Shown piece after piece: positions 31,462 through 41,600 of a stretch of 64,000 nucleotides of DNA (position 1 is the stretch's first letter; each line of letters begins with the position of its first letter). The notes beneath the pieces were generated by a model, which was not told the DNA's origin, searched no databases, and worked only from the letters and a program-made list of their open reading frames with translations. The stretch is from positions 5,049-69,048 of the forward strand of contig JAAWEK010000010.1 of the NCBI GenBank assembly GCA_022794265.1. The letters run 5' to 3'. The position numbers and the translations under genes are program-made. The DNA comes from Lachnospiraceae bacterium (GTDB lineage: Bacteria > Bacillota > Clostridia > Lachnospirales > Lachnospiraceae).

Positions 31462-33125
31462 TGCTGACTTCAGATGAATTATATACAGTGGCAGACGGAA
31501 TGATAGAGATATTTGATAAATTAAACGAATGGGCCATTATAGATATGAGTGAAAGAATTGTGGCAATGATGGATCTGGGAGTGGAATCATTACCAGGAAC
31601 CGTCATTTATCTGCAGTGGGTAGCAGAACAGAGCGGCCTGCATTACAGCTATATGATTGACCGGATTGCAAAATTAAGCGATATCAGCAGTGAAGAACTC
31701 CATGAGCTTTTTAAGGCAGCAGGGATGACAAGCCTGGAACATGATAATCTGATATATAGTGAACATAAATTAAATGTGCCAAAACAAATAAGCTATGAAA
31801 GAATGAGTGAAGCAAATAAGCAGATTATTGAGGAAATGTATGACAGAACAAAAGGAGAGATGGAAAATTTCACAAGGACAACAGCAGATGCCACAAGAAA
31901 TACATTTATAAAGGCCTGTGATATGGCGGCTTCCAAAGTGGCATTTGGATATATGTCTCTGGAGCAGGCAATTGCAGAGGCAGTAAAACAGATAGCAAAA
32001 GAAGGAGCAACAGTTACATATCCGTCTGGTCATAAAGACTCCATAGAAACAGCAGTTCGAAGAGCGGTTTCGACCGGAGTAAATCAGATGTCAAACCAGT
32101 TATCCGTTAAAAATGCGTTGGATATGGGGTGTGAATATGTAATAATATCTTCTCATCTGGGCGCCCGTATAAATGATAAAAATAAAATAGCCAATCACTA
32201 CGGATGGCAGGGAAAAATATATAAACTGGAGGGAAAAACGAAAGAGTATGGAAACTTAAGAGAGGAAACCGGATTTGATTATACTGGCCGGAACAGTGAT
32301 CCGTTAGGATTTTCCGGATACAATTGCAGGCATTCTTTGTTTCCATATTTTTTGGGGGACCCAAATCCATATAAGCAGTACGATTATGAGGAAAATAAAA
32401 AGAAGTATAATGAGAATGTTAAGAAGCGGGAACTGGAACGGAAAAGACGAAAATCTAAAAATACAGTAAACGGTTATAGTGCAGCAATCGAGGCAGCGAA
32501 ACAGGGCAGCAGGGAAAATACGGAACTATGCAAAGAATTAGAAACAGAGCAAAAAAAGGAACAGGAGCAGATTAAGAAAGCAAATGCAGAATTACAGGAA
32601 CTGGAGCAGCCGGCAACAGAAAAAACAAATAGTGATGAAATACCTGAACACGAGGCACCTGTGCTGGTTAAAACAATTGACAAAAGTAATCAGGAAGAAA
32701 TAAGAAAAGAATTGCAAATTTATGAGGAAAATGCTATAAATGAGGATATAGAGACTGCATACATTATAACAACAGATGGAGAAGTATATAATTGCTTTGG
32801 AACGGATAGCAGAGTATTTCCGGATTATGATTTGGGAGATAAATTACATGGTGCAATAATATCACATAATCATTTGCCGGATTTAACAGAATATTCCTTC
32901 AGTGATAACGACCTGATGTTGTTTATGGAATATCATCTGGAAACTTTAAGGGGATTTGATAATAAATACATATATGAATTTACCAGGAATCCAAAGAATT
33001 TAGATGCACAACCGTCGGATTGGATGAATTTTGAAAACTATCAGCATGCGGCAATGATTGACAAAGCAAGAAAGCTCGGAATTGGATATAGGAGAAGGAA
33101 GAATGACCAGGGAACAGGCAAATAG
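31461..33125 (+). CDS. Minor head protein (MuF / SPP1 gp7 / minor capsid protein 2 family) fused to a C-terminal JAMM/MPN+-motif domain
   Basis: The N-terminal 300 aa include YNCRHSLFPY. A K/E-rich linker follows. The C-terminus reads GAIISHNHLPDLTEYSFSD, which fits HxHx7Sx2D exactly. Confidence 0.7.
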   Translation: MLTSDELYTVADGMIEIFDKLNEWAIIDMSERIVAMMDLGVESLPGTVIYLQWVAEQSGLHYSYMIDRIAKLSDISSEELHELFKAAGMTSLEHDNLIYSEHKLNVPKQISYERMSEANKQIIEEMYDRTKGEMENFTRTTADATRNTFIKACDMAASKVAFGYMSLEQAIAEAVKQIAKEGATVTYPSGHKDSIETAVRRAVSTGVNQMSNQLSVKNALDMGCEYVIISSHLGARINDKNKIANHYGWQGKIYKLEGKTKEYGNLREETGFDYTGRNSDPLGFSGYNCRHSLFPYFLGDPNPYKQYDYEENKKKYNENVKKRELERKRRKSKNTVNGYSAAIEAAKQGSRENTELCKELETEQKKEQEQIKKANAELQELEQPATEKTNSDEIPEHEAPVLVKTIDKSNQEEIRKELQIYEENAINEDIETAYIITTDGEVYNCFGTDSRVFPDYDLGDKLHGAIISHNHLPDLTEYSFSDNDLMLFMEYHLETLRGFDNKYIYEFTRNPKNLDAQPSDWMNFENYQHAAMIDKARKLGIGYRRRKNDQGTGK

Positions 33126-33306
33126 GGAAGCAAAAAAAATATATGAAGAATGGATAAAGGAGAGGGAAGAAATAGAAATAAAGGCAAAATCAGAAGGAAA
33201 ATGGGTGACTGGTGGGCTTGATGGAAATAACCACTTATTTAGGGAGTTAAACAATAAACTAAAGGAAAAACTGGCACGCCTGGATTCCATGATAGAGGAG
33301 AAATAA
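33103..33306 (+). CDS. Small coiled-coil protein (67 aa) overlapping the end of the MuF gene
   Basis: ATG 33103 follows GGAGAAGGAAG. The protein is charged and helical (MTREQANREAKKIYEEW...). Confidence 0.5.
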   Translation: MTREQANREAKKIYEEWIKEREEIEIKAKSEGKWVTGGLDGNNHLFRELNNKLKEKLARLDSMIEEK

Positions 33307-33311
33307 AATAT

Positions 33312-33341
33312 TTGACAAACACTTGTACTGTATAATATAAT
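33312..33341 (+). promoter_or_regulatory. Internal promoter of a moron cassette
   Basis: TTGACA-18 nt-TATAAT. A second TATAAT lies 13 nt from the -35. Confidence 0.5.
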
Positions 33342-33364
33342 ATTCGTATGAAAGAGGTATTTGC

Positions 33365-33523
33365 ATGACTACAAGATGGGTAGCGTGCCCTTCATGCGGA
33401 AACCCAAAGTTATTAAAATGCAGGTCCGATACAAGGGCAAAAAATTTAATCGTTTACTGCAAGCGATGCAAAAATGAAAATATGATAAATATAAACCTGA
33501 GAGTGCCGAGTGCCAAACAGTAG
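33365..33523 (+). CDS. Cysteine-rich KTR-type small protein (52 aa)
   Basis: Not in the ORF track. Translation: MTTRWVACPSCGNPKLLKCRSDTRAKNLIVYCKRCKNENMINI... The W..CP.C....L...DT...N....C.RCK pattern matches the Cys_rich_KTR family. Confidence 0.65.
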   Translation: MTTRWVACPSCGNPKLLKCRSDTRAKNLIVYCKRCKNENMININLRVPSAKQ

Positions 33524-33549
33524 GAATTATCTACTGTTTGGCACTTTTT
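33510..33549 (+). terminator. Rho-independent terminator
   Basis: GTGCCAAACAGTAG-gaattat-CTACTGTTTGGCAC followed by TTTTT. Confidence 0.88.
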
Positions 33550-33572
33550 ACTTATATCGGGAAAAAGAAAGG

Positions 33573-34181
33573 ATGGATGAGATGAGCATTGAAGAGCTGT
33601 TAAAAGAATATGGACTGGAACTTCCGGCAGATAAAGTCGAGGAATTTAATACAAAATTTAAAGATAATTATAAGTCCACAACAGAATACGAGAAACAGGT
33701 TAAAAAGCTGGAAGGCGAAAGGGACAACTACAAACAGAAATATGACACGGCGGCCGAAACACTGAAAGGATTTGATGGTGTGGATGTCAAAGACCTTCAG
33801 GATCAGATTGAGGCTTATAAGAAGAAAATCGAGGAGGACAACAAGGAATATAATGCAAAGATTGCGGAACGGGATTTTAACGATGCGCTTTCGAAAGAGC
33901 TGGAAGCATTTAAGTTTTCTTCTAATGCTGCCAGGGAATCCATTACCGGTCAGATTAAGGCAGCTGGTCTAAAGCTGGTGGATGGAAAGATTGTAGGTCT
34001 CAGCGACATGATAACATCGATTAAAGAAAAAGATGCCGCTGCTTTTGCAGATGAGGAGTCCGAGAACCAGCCGAGATTTACAAACTCACTGAATAGAGGC
34101 GGTGGAAGTAATTCAGTTTCCGGCGATCCAAATAAAATGGATTATGATACTTATAAAAAATGGAGAAGTGAAAATCAGTAA
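33573..34181 (+). CDS. Scaffolding protein (Phage_GP20-like)
   Basis: It is coiled-coil and acidic (SIEELLKEYGLELPADKVEEFNTKF...) and sits before the capsid gene. The start is 33573 or 33582. The longer ORF-track start overlaps the terminator. Confidence 0.75.
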   Translation: MDEMSIEELLKEYGLELPADKVEEFNTKFKDNYKSTTEYEKQVKKLEGERDNYKQKYDTAAETLKGFDGVDVKDLQDQIEAYKKKIEEDNKEYNAKIAERDFNDALSKELEAFKFSSNAARESITGQIKAAGLKLVDGKIVGLSDMITSIKEKDAAAFADEESENQPRFTNSLNRGGGSNSVSGDPNKMDYDTYKKWRSENQ

Positions 34182-34204
34182 TGAAACGAAAGGAGAATTA
34201 AGAG

Positions 34205-35296
34205 ATGCCAAATACTTTTTTAACACCACAAATCATAGCGAATGAAGCACTGCTGGTGTTGCAGTCAAACCTCACAATGGCGAATCTGGTCCACAGGGAT
34301 TATTCCGAGGAATTTGTACATGTAGGCGATACCATAACCGTAAGAAAACCGGCCAAGTTTGTAGCAAAAAATTTTACCGGTCATACAAGCAATCAGAATG
34401 TAGTAGAGGGTTCTGTAGAGGTCAAGATGGACCGGTTTCGGGATATTACAATTCCAATCACATCAAAAGAATTAACATTGGATATTAAAAATTTTTCAGA
34501 GCAGATTGTAACTCCGGCAATGCAGGCCATTGCACAGGCAATCGACATTGATTTGTTAGCAGTGGGGATTCAGAATGCAGCGGGCAAAGCAGCCATTTCG
34601 GCTACACCACTTTTATCCGATATTGCAGGAGTTGGCAAGGCGCTGGATAAGGCAAAGGCACCGAGAGAAAACAGACGTTTGGTGATGCCGCCGGAAATAT
34701 TATATAAATACAATACCATCGATAATTTTTCAAAGCAGTGCTATAAGGGAGACAGCCAGGCATTAAAAGAAGCGGAAATAGGAAAAGTTTATACCTGTGA
34801 AACCTATATGTCGCAGAATTGTCCGGAAAATCAGTCTGCAGAAGCCGGGACCGTAAAATCTTATAAAGTAACAGGTAAGAAAGACGAAAGTCAATTTACG
34901 ATATCCGAAGGAACAGCAGCGACGGGGACCATAAAAGAAGGAGACCAGTTAATTGTTAAAGGATACTTGTATACCGTAACTGAAGATTTGACACTCGCAT
35001 CTGGCGCAGGAACATTAAAGGTAGACCAGAATATTCCGGCATATGTTACAGCGGAGCCGGCATATGTGGTAAACAAGCCTCATGCGCTGGGATTCCATAG
35101 AAATGGCATTGCTTTAGTAACTCGTAACCTGGAACTTCCGATGGGAGCAAATAAGGCTTATATCGCTTCAGCGGATGGTTTGGGAGTCAGGGTAGTAGTT
35201 GACTATGATTCGGAAACAAAAACCGATACAATTTCATTTGATATCATCTACGGAATCAAAGAATTGAATAAGGATTTACTGGTGGACTTTTCATAA
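34205..35296 (+). CDS. Major capsid protein (P22 coat-like family)
   Basis: MPNTFLTPQIIANEALLVLQSNLTMANLVHRDYSEEF..VGDTITVRKP resembles the P22-coat-family N-terminus. AGGAG is upstream. Confidence 0.8.
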   Translation: MPNTFLTPQIIANEALLVLQSNLTMANLVHRDYSEEFVHVGDTITVRKPAKFVAKNFTGHTSNQNVVEGSVEVKMDRFRDITIPITSKELTLDIKNFSEQIVTPAMQAIAQAIDIDLLAVGIQNAAGKAAISATPLLSDIAGVGKALDKAKAPRENRRLVMPPEILYKYNTIDNFSKQCYKGDSQALKEAEIGKVYTCETYMSQNCPENQSAEAGTVKSYKVTGKKDESQFTISEGTAATGTIKEGDQLIVKGYLYTVTEDLTLASGAGTLKVDQNIPAYVTAEPAYVVNKPHALGFHRNGIALVTRNLELPMGANKAYIASADGLGVRVVVDYDSETKTDTISFDIIYGIKELNKDLLVDFS

Positions 35297-35302
35297 ATCA
35301 AA

Positions 35303-35318
35303 GTTGCACCGGTGCAAC
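35303..35318. repeat. Palindrome GTTGCACCGGTGCAAC, copy 1 (intergenic, between the capsid stop and the next RBS)
   Basis: An exact 16-bp perfect palindrome. Local context is aaAGTTGCACCGGTGCAACAGgagg. Confidence 0.95.
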
Positions 35319-35329
35319 AGGAGGCAGCA

Positions 35330-35752
35330 ATGGGATATACAACGTATGAGTTTTACAAAGAGGAATATCATGGAAAAACCATAGATGAAAGCGTATTTTG
35401 TGAATGGGAAAGCAGGGCAAAGCGTAAGGTAGATTATTTTACATTTAACCGCATAACCAAAGAAAGATTATCGGATGAAAGATTAAATGAAAGGGTACAG
35501 CTTGCTACCTGTGCAGTTGCGGATTTGTTATTTAAAATTAATGAAGCAGAGCAGAGACAGGGAATCACGGAAACCGGAGAAGGGAAAATTATTAAATCCA
35601 GGTCTGCCGGCTCCGAGAGCATTACATATGATACCGGAAATGACATCTATACAAAGGTCCTGACTGATACAGCAGCACAAAAGAAGTTGACACGGGACAT
35701 ATTAGCGGAACATCTGGGTGATACCGGTCTGATGTATTGTGGGGTGAGTTGA
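35330..35752 (+). CDS. Head-tail connector/adaptor protein
   Basis: Called from position and size. ATG 35330 follows AGGAGG. Confidence 0.6.
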   Translation: MGYTTYEFYKEEYHGKTIDESVFCEWESRAKRKVDYFTFNRITKERLSDERLNERVQLATCAVADLLFKINEAEQRQGITETGEGKIIKSRSAGSESITYDTGNDIYTKVLTDTAAQKKLTRDILAEHLGDTGLMYCGVS

Positions 35753-36192
35753 TGTTTAATGATACGGTTACAGTATTTAACTTTCAGGAGGATAAAACCA
35801 AAGGAACCAGAATATGGCACTCTACGGTTTTAACCGGTGTAGAAGTACAGATTAACAAAGGCTCCAACATACGGACCAGCGGTTTGGAGAGTGCGGATAG
35901 CGTATCTCTCCATATTCCGCTGACAAAGGCAAATAAAGAGTGTTATGCAGACGGAATACAATATTTGAAGCAGAAAGCCTGGTTTGCATTAGAAGATAAA
36001 ACAGGAGCATTTACGTTAAATCCGGCAAAAGATTTTTTTGTTCTGGGAGATTACGGAACAAAAGAATTCCGGGACGATGATTATAACCATGGGTTATTGG
36101 AATATATGAACACGAAGTATGATGATGTTTATAAAATTACAACTGTAGACGTATATAAGACGATACCACACATTGAGGCAGGTGGGAAATAA
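35752..36192 (+). CDS. Head-tail joining / minor capsid protein
   Basis: Its ATG overlaps the upstream stop (TGATG). The call rests on position in the connector block. Confidence 0.55.
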   Translation: MFNDTVTVFNFQEDKTKGTRIWHSTVLTGVEVQINKGSNIRTSGLESADSVSLHIPLTKANKECYADGIQYLKQKAWFALEDKTGAFTLNPAKDFFVLGDYGTKEFRDDDYNHGLLEYMNTKYDDVYKITTVDVYKTIPHIEAGGK

Positions 36193-36590
36193 TAAGCGTA
36201 AGAATCGATACAAAGAGGCTGACGGATAGACAAAAACAGGCACAATTATACCTTGATTTAAGAGTTAAAAGGGATTGTACAAGATTTGTTCCAATTCAGA
36301 GCGGAACGCTTAGAAATTCCGTAAATCTTGCAACCATTCCAGGAAGCGGAACCGTTACGTGGAGAACACCATATGCTCATTACCAGTATCTGGGACAGGA
36401 TATGATAGGCATAGAAACTGGCAGGCATTGGGCCAGACAGTATGAAATGAAAGAATATAACGGGAAATTACTTCATTATCAGGAACCGGAAGCAACGTCA
36501 GAATGGTTTGAAACTGCAAAAGGTATCTATTATCAGTCATGGAAAGATGGTGTAAAGCGGATATTAGGAGGTAAAAATGCAAAAAAGTAA
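36192..36590 (+). CDS. Minor capsid/head-tail protein (HK97 gp10-like position) with no canonical start codon
   Basis: The frame is open from 36177 and encodes ...VRIDTKRLTDRQKQAQLYLDLRVKRDCTRFVPIQSGTLRNS...TPYAHYQY. The first ATG is at 36402. Only ATA codons lie 5-8 nt after AGGTGGG. Confidence 0.5.
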   Translation: MSVRIDTKRLTDRQKQAQLYLDLRVKRDCTRFVPIQSGTLRNSVNLATIPGSGTVTWRTPYAHYQYLGQDMIGIETGRHWARQYEMKEYNGKLLHYQEPEATSEWFETAKGIYYQSWKDGVKRILGGKNAKK

Positions 36591-37038
36591 GGAAGAAAAG
36601 CCGATTGAAAGGCTGAGCCTGGAAGAACAGAAAAACATAATGAAGGCAATCTATGCCTATATAAACAGTAACGATTTTGTTAATGGTGAACTCCAGTTCG
36701 AAACGTTGGATAAAGATGGTACCAGCATCGGATTATTCAGCGAGCAGGGCGCCAGATATTTAGAAAAAAATATATTGGGAGAATATAAAGGTCTTCTTCC
36801 ATTTACCATTCATTATCGTTCTAATCCAACAACAGACGAAATGCGGCTGAAGATGGTGGAGGAAATAAACGACCTTACAGAATGGATAGAAAAAAATGCA
36901 GATAATGTGAAGCTGGCTTTGAACAGAATTGTTGAAAAAATAGAAGGGCTGACAACACCATATCTGTCACAGGCAGACGATGCCGGAAATATTACATACT
37001 CAGTGAATTTTAATTTTATTTACAGGAAGGAGTGCTAA
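36577..37038 (+). CDS. Tail-completion / minor capsid protein
   Basis: 153-aa ORF with AGGAGG upstream, placed before the major tail gene. Confidence 0.55.
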   Translation: MQKSKEEKPIERLSLEEQKNIMKAIYAYINSNDFVNGELQFETLDKDGTSIGLFSEQGARYLEKNILGEYKGLLPFTIHYRSNPTTDEMRLKMVEEINDLTEWIEKNADNVKLALNRIVEKIEGLTTPYLSQADDAGNITYSVNFNFIYRKEC

Positions 37039-37041
37039 AAA

Positions 37042-37551
37042 ATGGCAGCAGGAAGTAAGACAGGAAATAAGTTAGAGCGGAAATATCTCGCACATTTTAT
37101 TGATGCATCTTTTGGAGCGGAATCAACTGCATACGTGAGACTTGGGAAGGACCTGGAAAGTTACACAATCGAAATGAATCCGGATTCAGAGAGTACCAAA
37201 AATATTTTAGGAGAGACAAGTACAATTGTAAAAGGATATGAACCGCAGGGGTCGGTGGAGACTTACTATGCGAGGGAAGGAGATGCCCTTTATACACAGC
37301 TGGATAAAATCATCAATGAACGGCTGACCGGTTCTGAACTGGAAACAACTGTTGTAGATGTTACGATGGATTCTTCGGGCACCGTAGTAGAAGCATGGAG
37401 GGAAGAAGCAATCATTATTCCGACCAGCAAAGGCGGAGATACCGGCGGTGTTCAGATTCCATTCGAAGTGCATTATAACGGAAATCGGACAAAAGGAATG
37501 TTCGACATAGAAACTAAGAAATTTACGGAAGCACAGGCAGGCGGAGAATAA
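37042..37551 (+). CDS. Major tail protein
   Basis: 169 aa. It lies before the chaperone and tape-measure genes and is followed by a hairpin. Confidence 0.7.
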   Translation: MAAGSKTGNKLERKYLAHFIDASFGAESTAYVRLGKDLESYTIEMNPDSESTKNILGETSTIVKGYEPQGSVETYYAREGDALYTQLDKIINERLTGSELETTVVDVTMDSSGTVVEAWREEAIIIPTSKGGDTGGVQIPFEVHYNGNRTKGMFDIETKKFTEAQAGGE

Positions 37552-37561
37552 AAGAACAAAA

Positions 37562-37592
37562 AGGGAGAACATAAAAATACGTTCTCCCTTTA
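37562..37592 (+). terminator. Hairpin / leaky terminator after the major tail gene
   Basis: AGGGAGAAC-N10-GTTCTCCCT followed by TTAAAAG (weak T-tract). Confidence 0.45.
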
Positions 37593-37616
37593 AAAGAATG
37601 GAAAGGAATAGGAAAT

Positions 37617-38042
37617 ATGGCAAAGTATAATTTAGAAATCGATGATGGAGCAGTTGGAATTGATGTAAATAATCAGAATGGAGAATTGATAGGGACCATT
37701 TATATTAACCCGACAGACTTTAATATTATAGAGCGGGCAGAGCGGGCACAAAACAGAATCAGGGAATTGCTGGAAGGATTAGAGACAGATGGGGAATCGG
37801 CTGAAAAGATAAAACAAATTGATAAAGCTATCCGGGAACAGGTAGATAATATTTTTAACTATGAAGTCAGCGACATTATTTTCAAAAATAATCATTGCCT
37901 GTCTATGAAAAATGGTATTACGTTTGTAGAACGCTTAATTGACAGTATGTCGCAAATAATTCAAAAAATCTTAGAAAGAGAGGTTGAGGAAAGCAACGAC
38001 AGGATGTCAAAATATACGGCGCCTTACCTCATGAAACAGTGA
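37617..38042 (+). CDS. Tail assembly chaperone
   Basis: Acidic 141-aa ORF just upstream of the Gp15 and tape-measure genes. Confidence 0.6.
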   Translation: MAKYNLEIDDGAVGIDVNNQNGELIGTIYINPTDFNIIERAERAQNRIRELLEGLETDGESAEKIKQIDKAIREQVDNIFNYEVSDIIFKNNHCLSMKNGITFVERLIDSMSQIIQKILEREVEESNDRMSKYTAPYLMKQ

Positions 38043-38602
38043 TTGGGCAGCTCCCGACATCCGTCATGATAGGAGAACGGCAGATTGATATTCGCTGGGA
38101 TTATAGAGACTGCCTGAATATACTGCTGGTTTTTTCGGATGTTGAATTAAAGGACTATGAAAAATGGCAGGCAGCAATAATAATTTTCTATCCAGACTAC
38201 CTGAATATAAAGCCACAGGACTATGAAGAAGCAGCGAAACAAATGCAGTGGTTTTTAAATCTTGGGGGAATGATATCTGAGAGTGGAAATCATAAACCGC
38301 TTTATGACTGGGAACAGGATGAACAAATAATATTTGCTGCCGTGAACCGGGTAGCCGGATTTGAAACAAGAACAACAGAAAAGCTGCATTTTTGGACCTT
38401 TATGTCTTATTTCTTTGAGATTGGAGAGGGAACATTTTCATCGGTTGTTTCCATTCGAAATAAATTAAACAGGAATAAGAAGTTAGATAAATGGGATATG
38501 GAGTTTTATAAAAACAATAAAAAAATGATAGATATAAAAGAAAAGCTGACACAGCAGGAACAGGATGAAAGAGAGCGTATTAATGCACTGCTGAACAGTT
38601 AA
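38039..38602 (+). CDS. Phage Gp15-family protein (A118-type second tail chaperone)
   Basis: IDIRWDYRDCLNILLVFSD...IIFYPDY resembles the Phage_Gp15 family. GTG overlaps the upstream stop. Confidence 0.6.
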   Translation: MIGQLPTSVMIGERQIDIRWDYRDCLNILLVFSDVELKDYEKWQAAIIIFYPDYLNIKPQDYEEAAKQMQWFLNLGGMISESGNHKPLYDWEQDEQIIFAAVNRVAGFETRTTEKLHFWTFMSYFFEIGEGTFSSVVSIRNKLNRNKKLDKWDMEFYKNNKKMIDIKEKLTQQEQDERERINALLNS

Positions 38603-38643
38603 CAGGAGTGCCCGTGCCATGAGCCAGTGCCAAATCAGAAAGG

Positions 38644-41600
38644 ATGGTGAGGCTTATGCAGGGCGGATATGACGGTAGTGTAAATATAGATACATCGATA
38701 GACTTTAACGGATTTGATGCAGGAGTCAAAGACTTAATTCAGGCATTAAAAAATTTGGATGTAACCATAACGAAGCTGACAGAACAGATGCAGGGGAAAT
38801 TTGAGAATTTAACAGCCAATAATGCAACTGATCAGTTAAATAACGTATCAGAGGCAGCCACAGCAGCAGCCGACAATACAACAGACAGTACAACCAGAAT
38901 CGAACATGCTGTTCAGGATATGGAAAATTCCCTAAATCATGCATCCGGCCAGGGATTATCGGAATCCATTGGTCAGACAACAGAAGCGCTGGGACAGCAG
39001 GAAAGCGCCTTAAATACTATGACAGAGGATGTTAGGGAGTATGTTGCAGATACGAGAAACAGCGCTTCAGAACTGGAAGAAATTAATCTGTTTCCGGATG
39101 TTACGAATCCTTCTGAAAGAAGTCAGAAACTTTATGAAGAAGCAGAAAAGTACAGACATAAGCTGGAGGAACTGGAAGCCAGGGGACTTCATTCCGGTGA
39201 TTCCGAGTATGACCGGACATATGATGCAATGTCAAAATGCCATGAAGAAAGTCTGGCGATAGAAAGACAGCAGCGTGGATATACAAATGCAGTAGAAAAT
39301 ACACAGACAACCTATGAAAATTTAAGCAATACGGTTGAGCGGTTAAAAGAAAAGCTGGCGGCTTTAAAAGAGAGAGGAATGGGGGAAGGAAATGACCAGT
39401 TCGATACTGTCTATAAAGAACTGAAGCAGGCGCAAAATGATTTAAAAGCGTACAGGACAGGGCTTAATGCGGAGGCTACATCAGAATCAGGCATGCTTGA
39501 TAATCTGCATAATAAAGTAAAAAAAATAAATGCAGAGTTAATCCGTTTAAAAAGTCAGGGTTTTGGTGCCGGAAATGAATTGTTTGATACAAAATATCAG
39601 GAATTGATTAAAGCTGAAGATGAACTGAAAAGATATATGGCACAGCTCAGGGAAACGGCATTAACAAATAATTCCCAATTCGATAATCTGAATAATCGTG
39701 TAGAGCGATTAAAAGCCGGATTAGCAGAATTAAGGCGCCAGGGAATGGGATTTGGGAATGAAGAATTTGATGCCACAAGTCAGGAATTAACAAGAGCACA
39801 GGACGAATTAAAGAGGTATATGAACACCCTCAGAGAAGAAGCCATATCAAATAATTCCCAATTTGATAATCTGAATAACCGTGTAGAGGAATTAAAAGCC
39901 AGAATCGCAGAGTTGAGACGTCAGGGAATGGGTTTTGGAAATGAGGATTATGATAATGCTGTCCGTGAATATCGGCGGGCAGTTGATGAAATGAGAGAAT
40001 ATGAGAGAAATTTATATGGGCATTTATATGATGTTGAACCTGATTTTAAAGAAAAAATATGTGCAGCTTTTGTCAGGGTTAGAGATGTGGCGTCCTCAAC
40101 GTTAAAAAAAATAGGAAGTTTAGGAAAACGGGCATTTGGCAAGTTAGGAAGCTTGGCAGTTCATGCTTTTGGTAAAATCACAAGAAGTTCAAAAAAAAGT
40201 AATAAATCTTTGTCTGCAATGGATAACAGCCTTGGAAAAGTTGTAAAGAAAATATCCAGAATGGCAAAAACAATTTTATTTTTTCGATTATTCCGTCAAG
40301 GATTAACAAACCTAAGGAACTATTTAGGGACGGCCCTGAAGGCAAATGAACAGTTTACAGACAGCCTGGGAAGGATAAAAGGCAATTTAAAAACTGCATT
40401 TATGCCGGTATATAATGCTATCATGCCGGCATTAAATACCTTAATGTCGGCACTGGTAAAATTAACCGGATATTTGGCACAGATAACAGCACAGCTGTTC
40501 GGGAGCAGCATAAAGGCAATGCAGGACCAGGCAGCAGCCATTGATCAGACAGCAGAGAGTGCAAAAAAGGCAAATAAACAGTTAGGAAAGTATGATTCCT
40601 TAAATGTTATTAGCAGTGATTCAAAAGAGGATTCAAAATCAAACAATACCATATATGGCGATATAGAGACATCATCAAAGCTTACAGATTTAATAAAGAG
40701 CTTAGAAGATGCATTTAAAAATGGTGATTATTCTAAAATTGGTTCCATTGTGGCAGATAAAATTAATTCCGCACTTGCAACCCTGGATTTCTCGAAAATT
40801 CAAAGTGGGGCAAGGAAAGTAGCTTCTGGTGTAGGAGAGCTGTTAAATGGATTTGTTGGCACATTGAACACATCCCTGTTAGGGCAAAAGATAGCAGAAT
40901 TGTTAAATGCCGGACTGACCGGGGCAAATGAATTTCTTACTACATTTGATTTTACGAAATTGGGACAAAAGATATCAGAAGGGATTAATGGGCTTGCAGA
41001 TTCCATAGACTGGGATTTGGCAGGAGAAACGTTTGCAAATAAGTGGAATGCATGGATTCATGGACTTAGCGGACTTTTAAATACACTTGATTTTTCTGGA
41101 ATAGCATCAGGAGTTGCCAGTGGTTTAAATGCTATTATTTATACGATTGATTGGAATTCAATAACGAGTAGCATTTCAAACGGAATAAATGGAGCATTAA
41201 CTGCAGCCATTACGTTATTCAGAAATGTTGATTTTAAGGAATTAGCATTCAATATAATGAATGCTTTATCATCGGTTGATTGGAATACAACCATATATAA
41301 TGCATTAACAGCAGTTTTGGATTTCGCAAAAGTAATCATTGATGTTTGTATAGGAGCTTTAGAGGGGATTAATTTTTTCGAGCTGTTAAATGAAATCTCA
41401 ACAGGAATTGTAGATTTTGCGAAAGAATATGACTGGAAAGAAGCATTTAAAAGTGTAGGTGAATTAATCGGGCAGGCTCTGATAGCAGCAATCAATGTTG
41501 TTGCATTTGTGGCAGCAGTAGTACAATCAATCGGTGAATATTTTCTTGAATACATTGAGGCAGCAGGGGGAACGGATGGAGATTTCTGGACCGCTGGTGT

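Noticed and set aside
32865-32873. Literal H-N-H tripeptide suggesting an HNH nuclease
   Set aside because: There are no flanking Cys/His zinc ligands or beta-beta-alpha pattern. The extended spacing HxHx7Sx2D fits JAMM/MPN+ much better.
38020-38050. Programmed -1 frameshift joining the two tail chaperone ORFs (G/GT type)
   Set aside because: I see no slippery heptamer (XXXYYYZ) before the stop at 38040-38042. The second ORF has its own GTG start overlapping the stop, so separate translation is the simpler reading.
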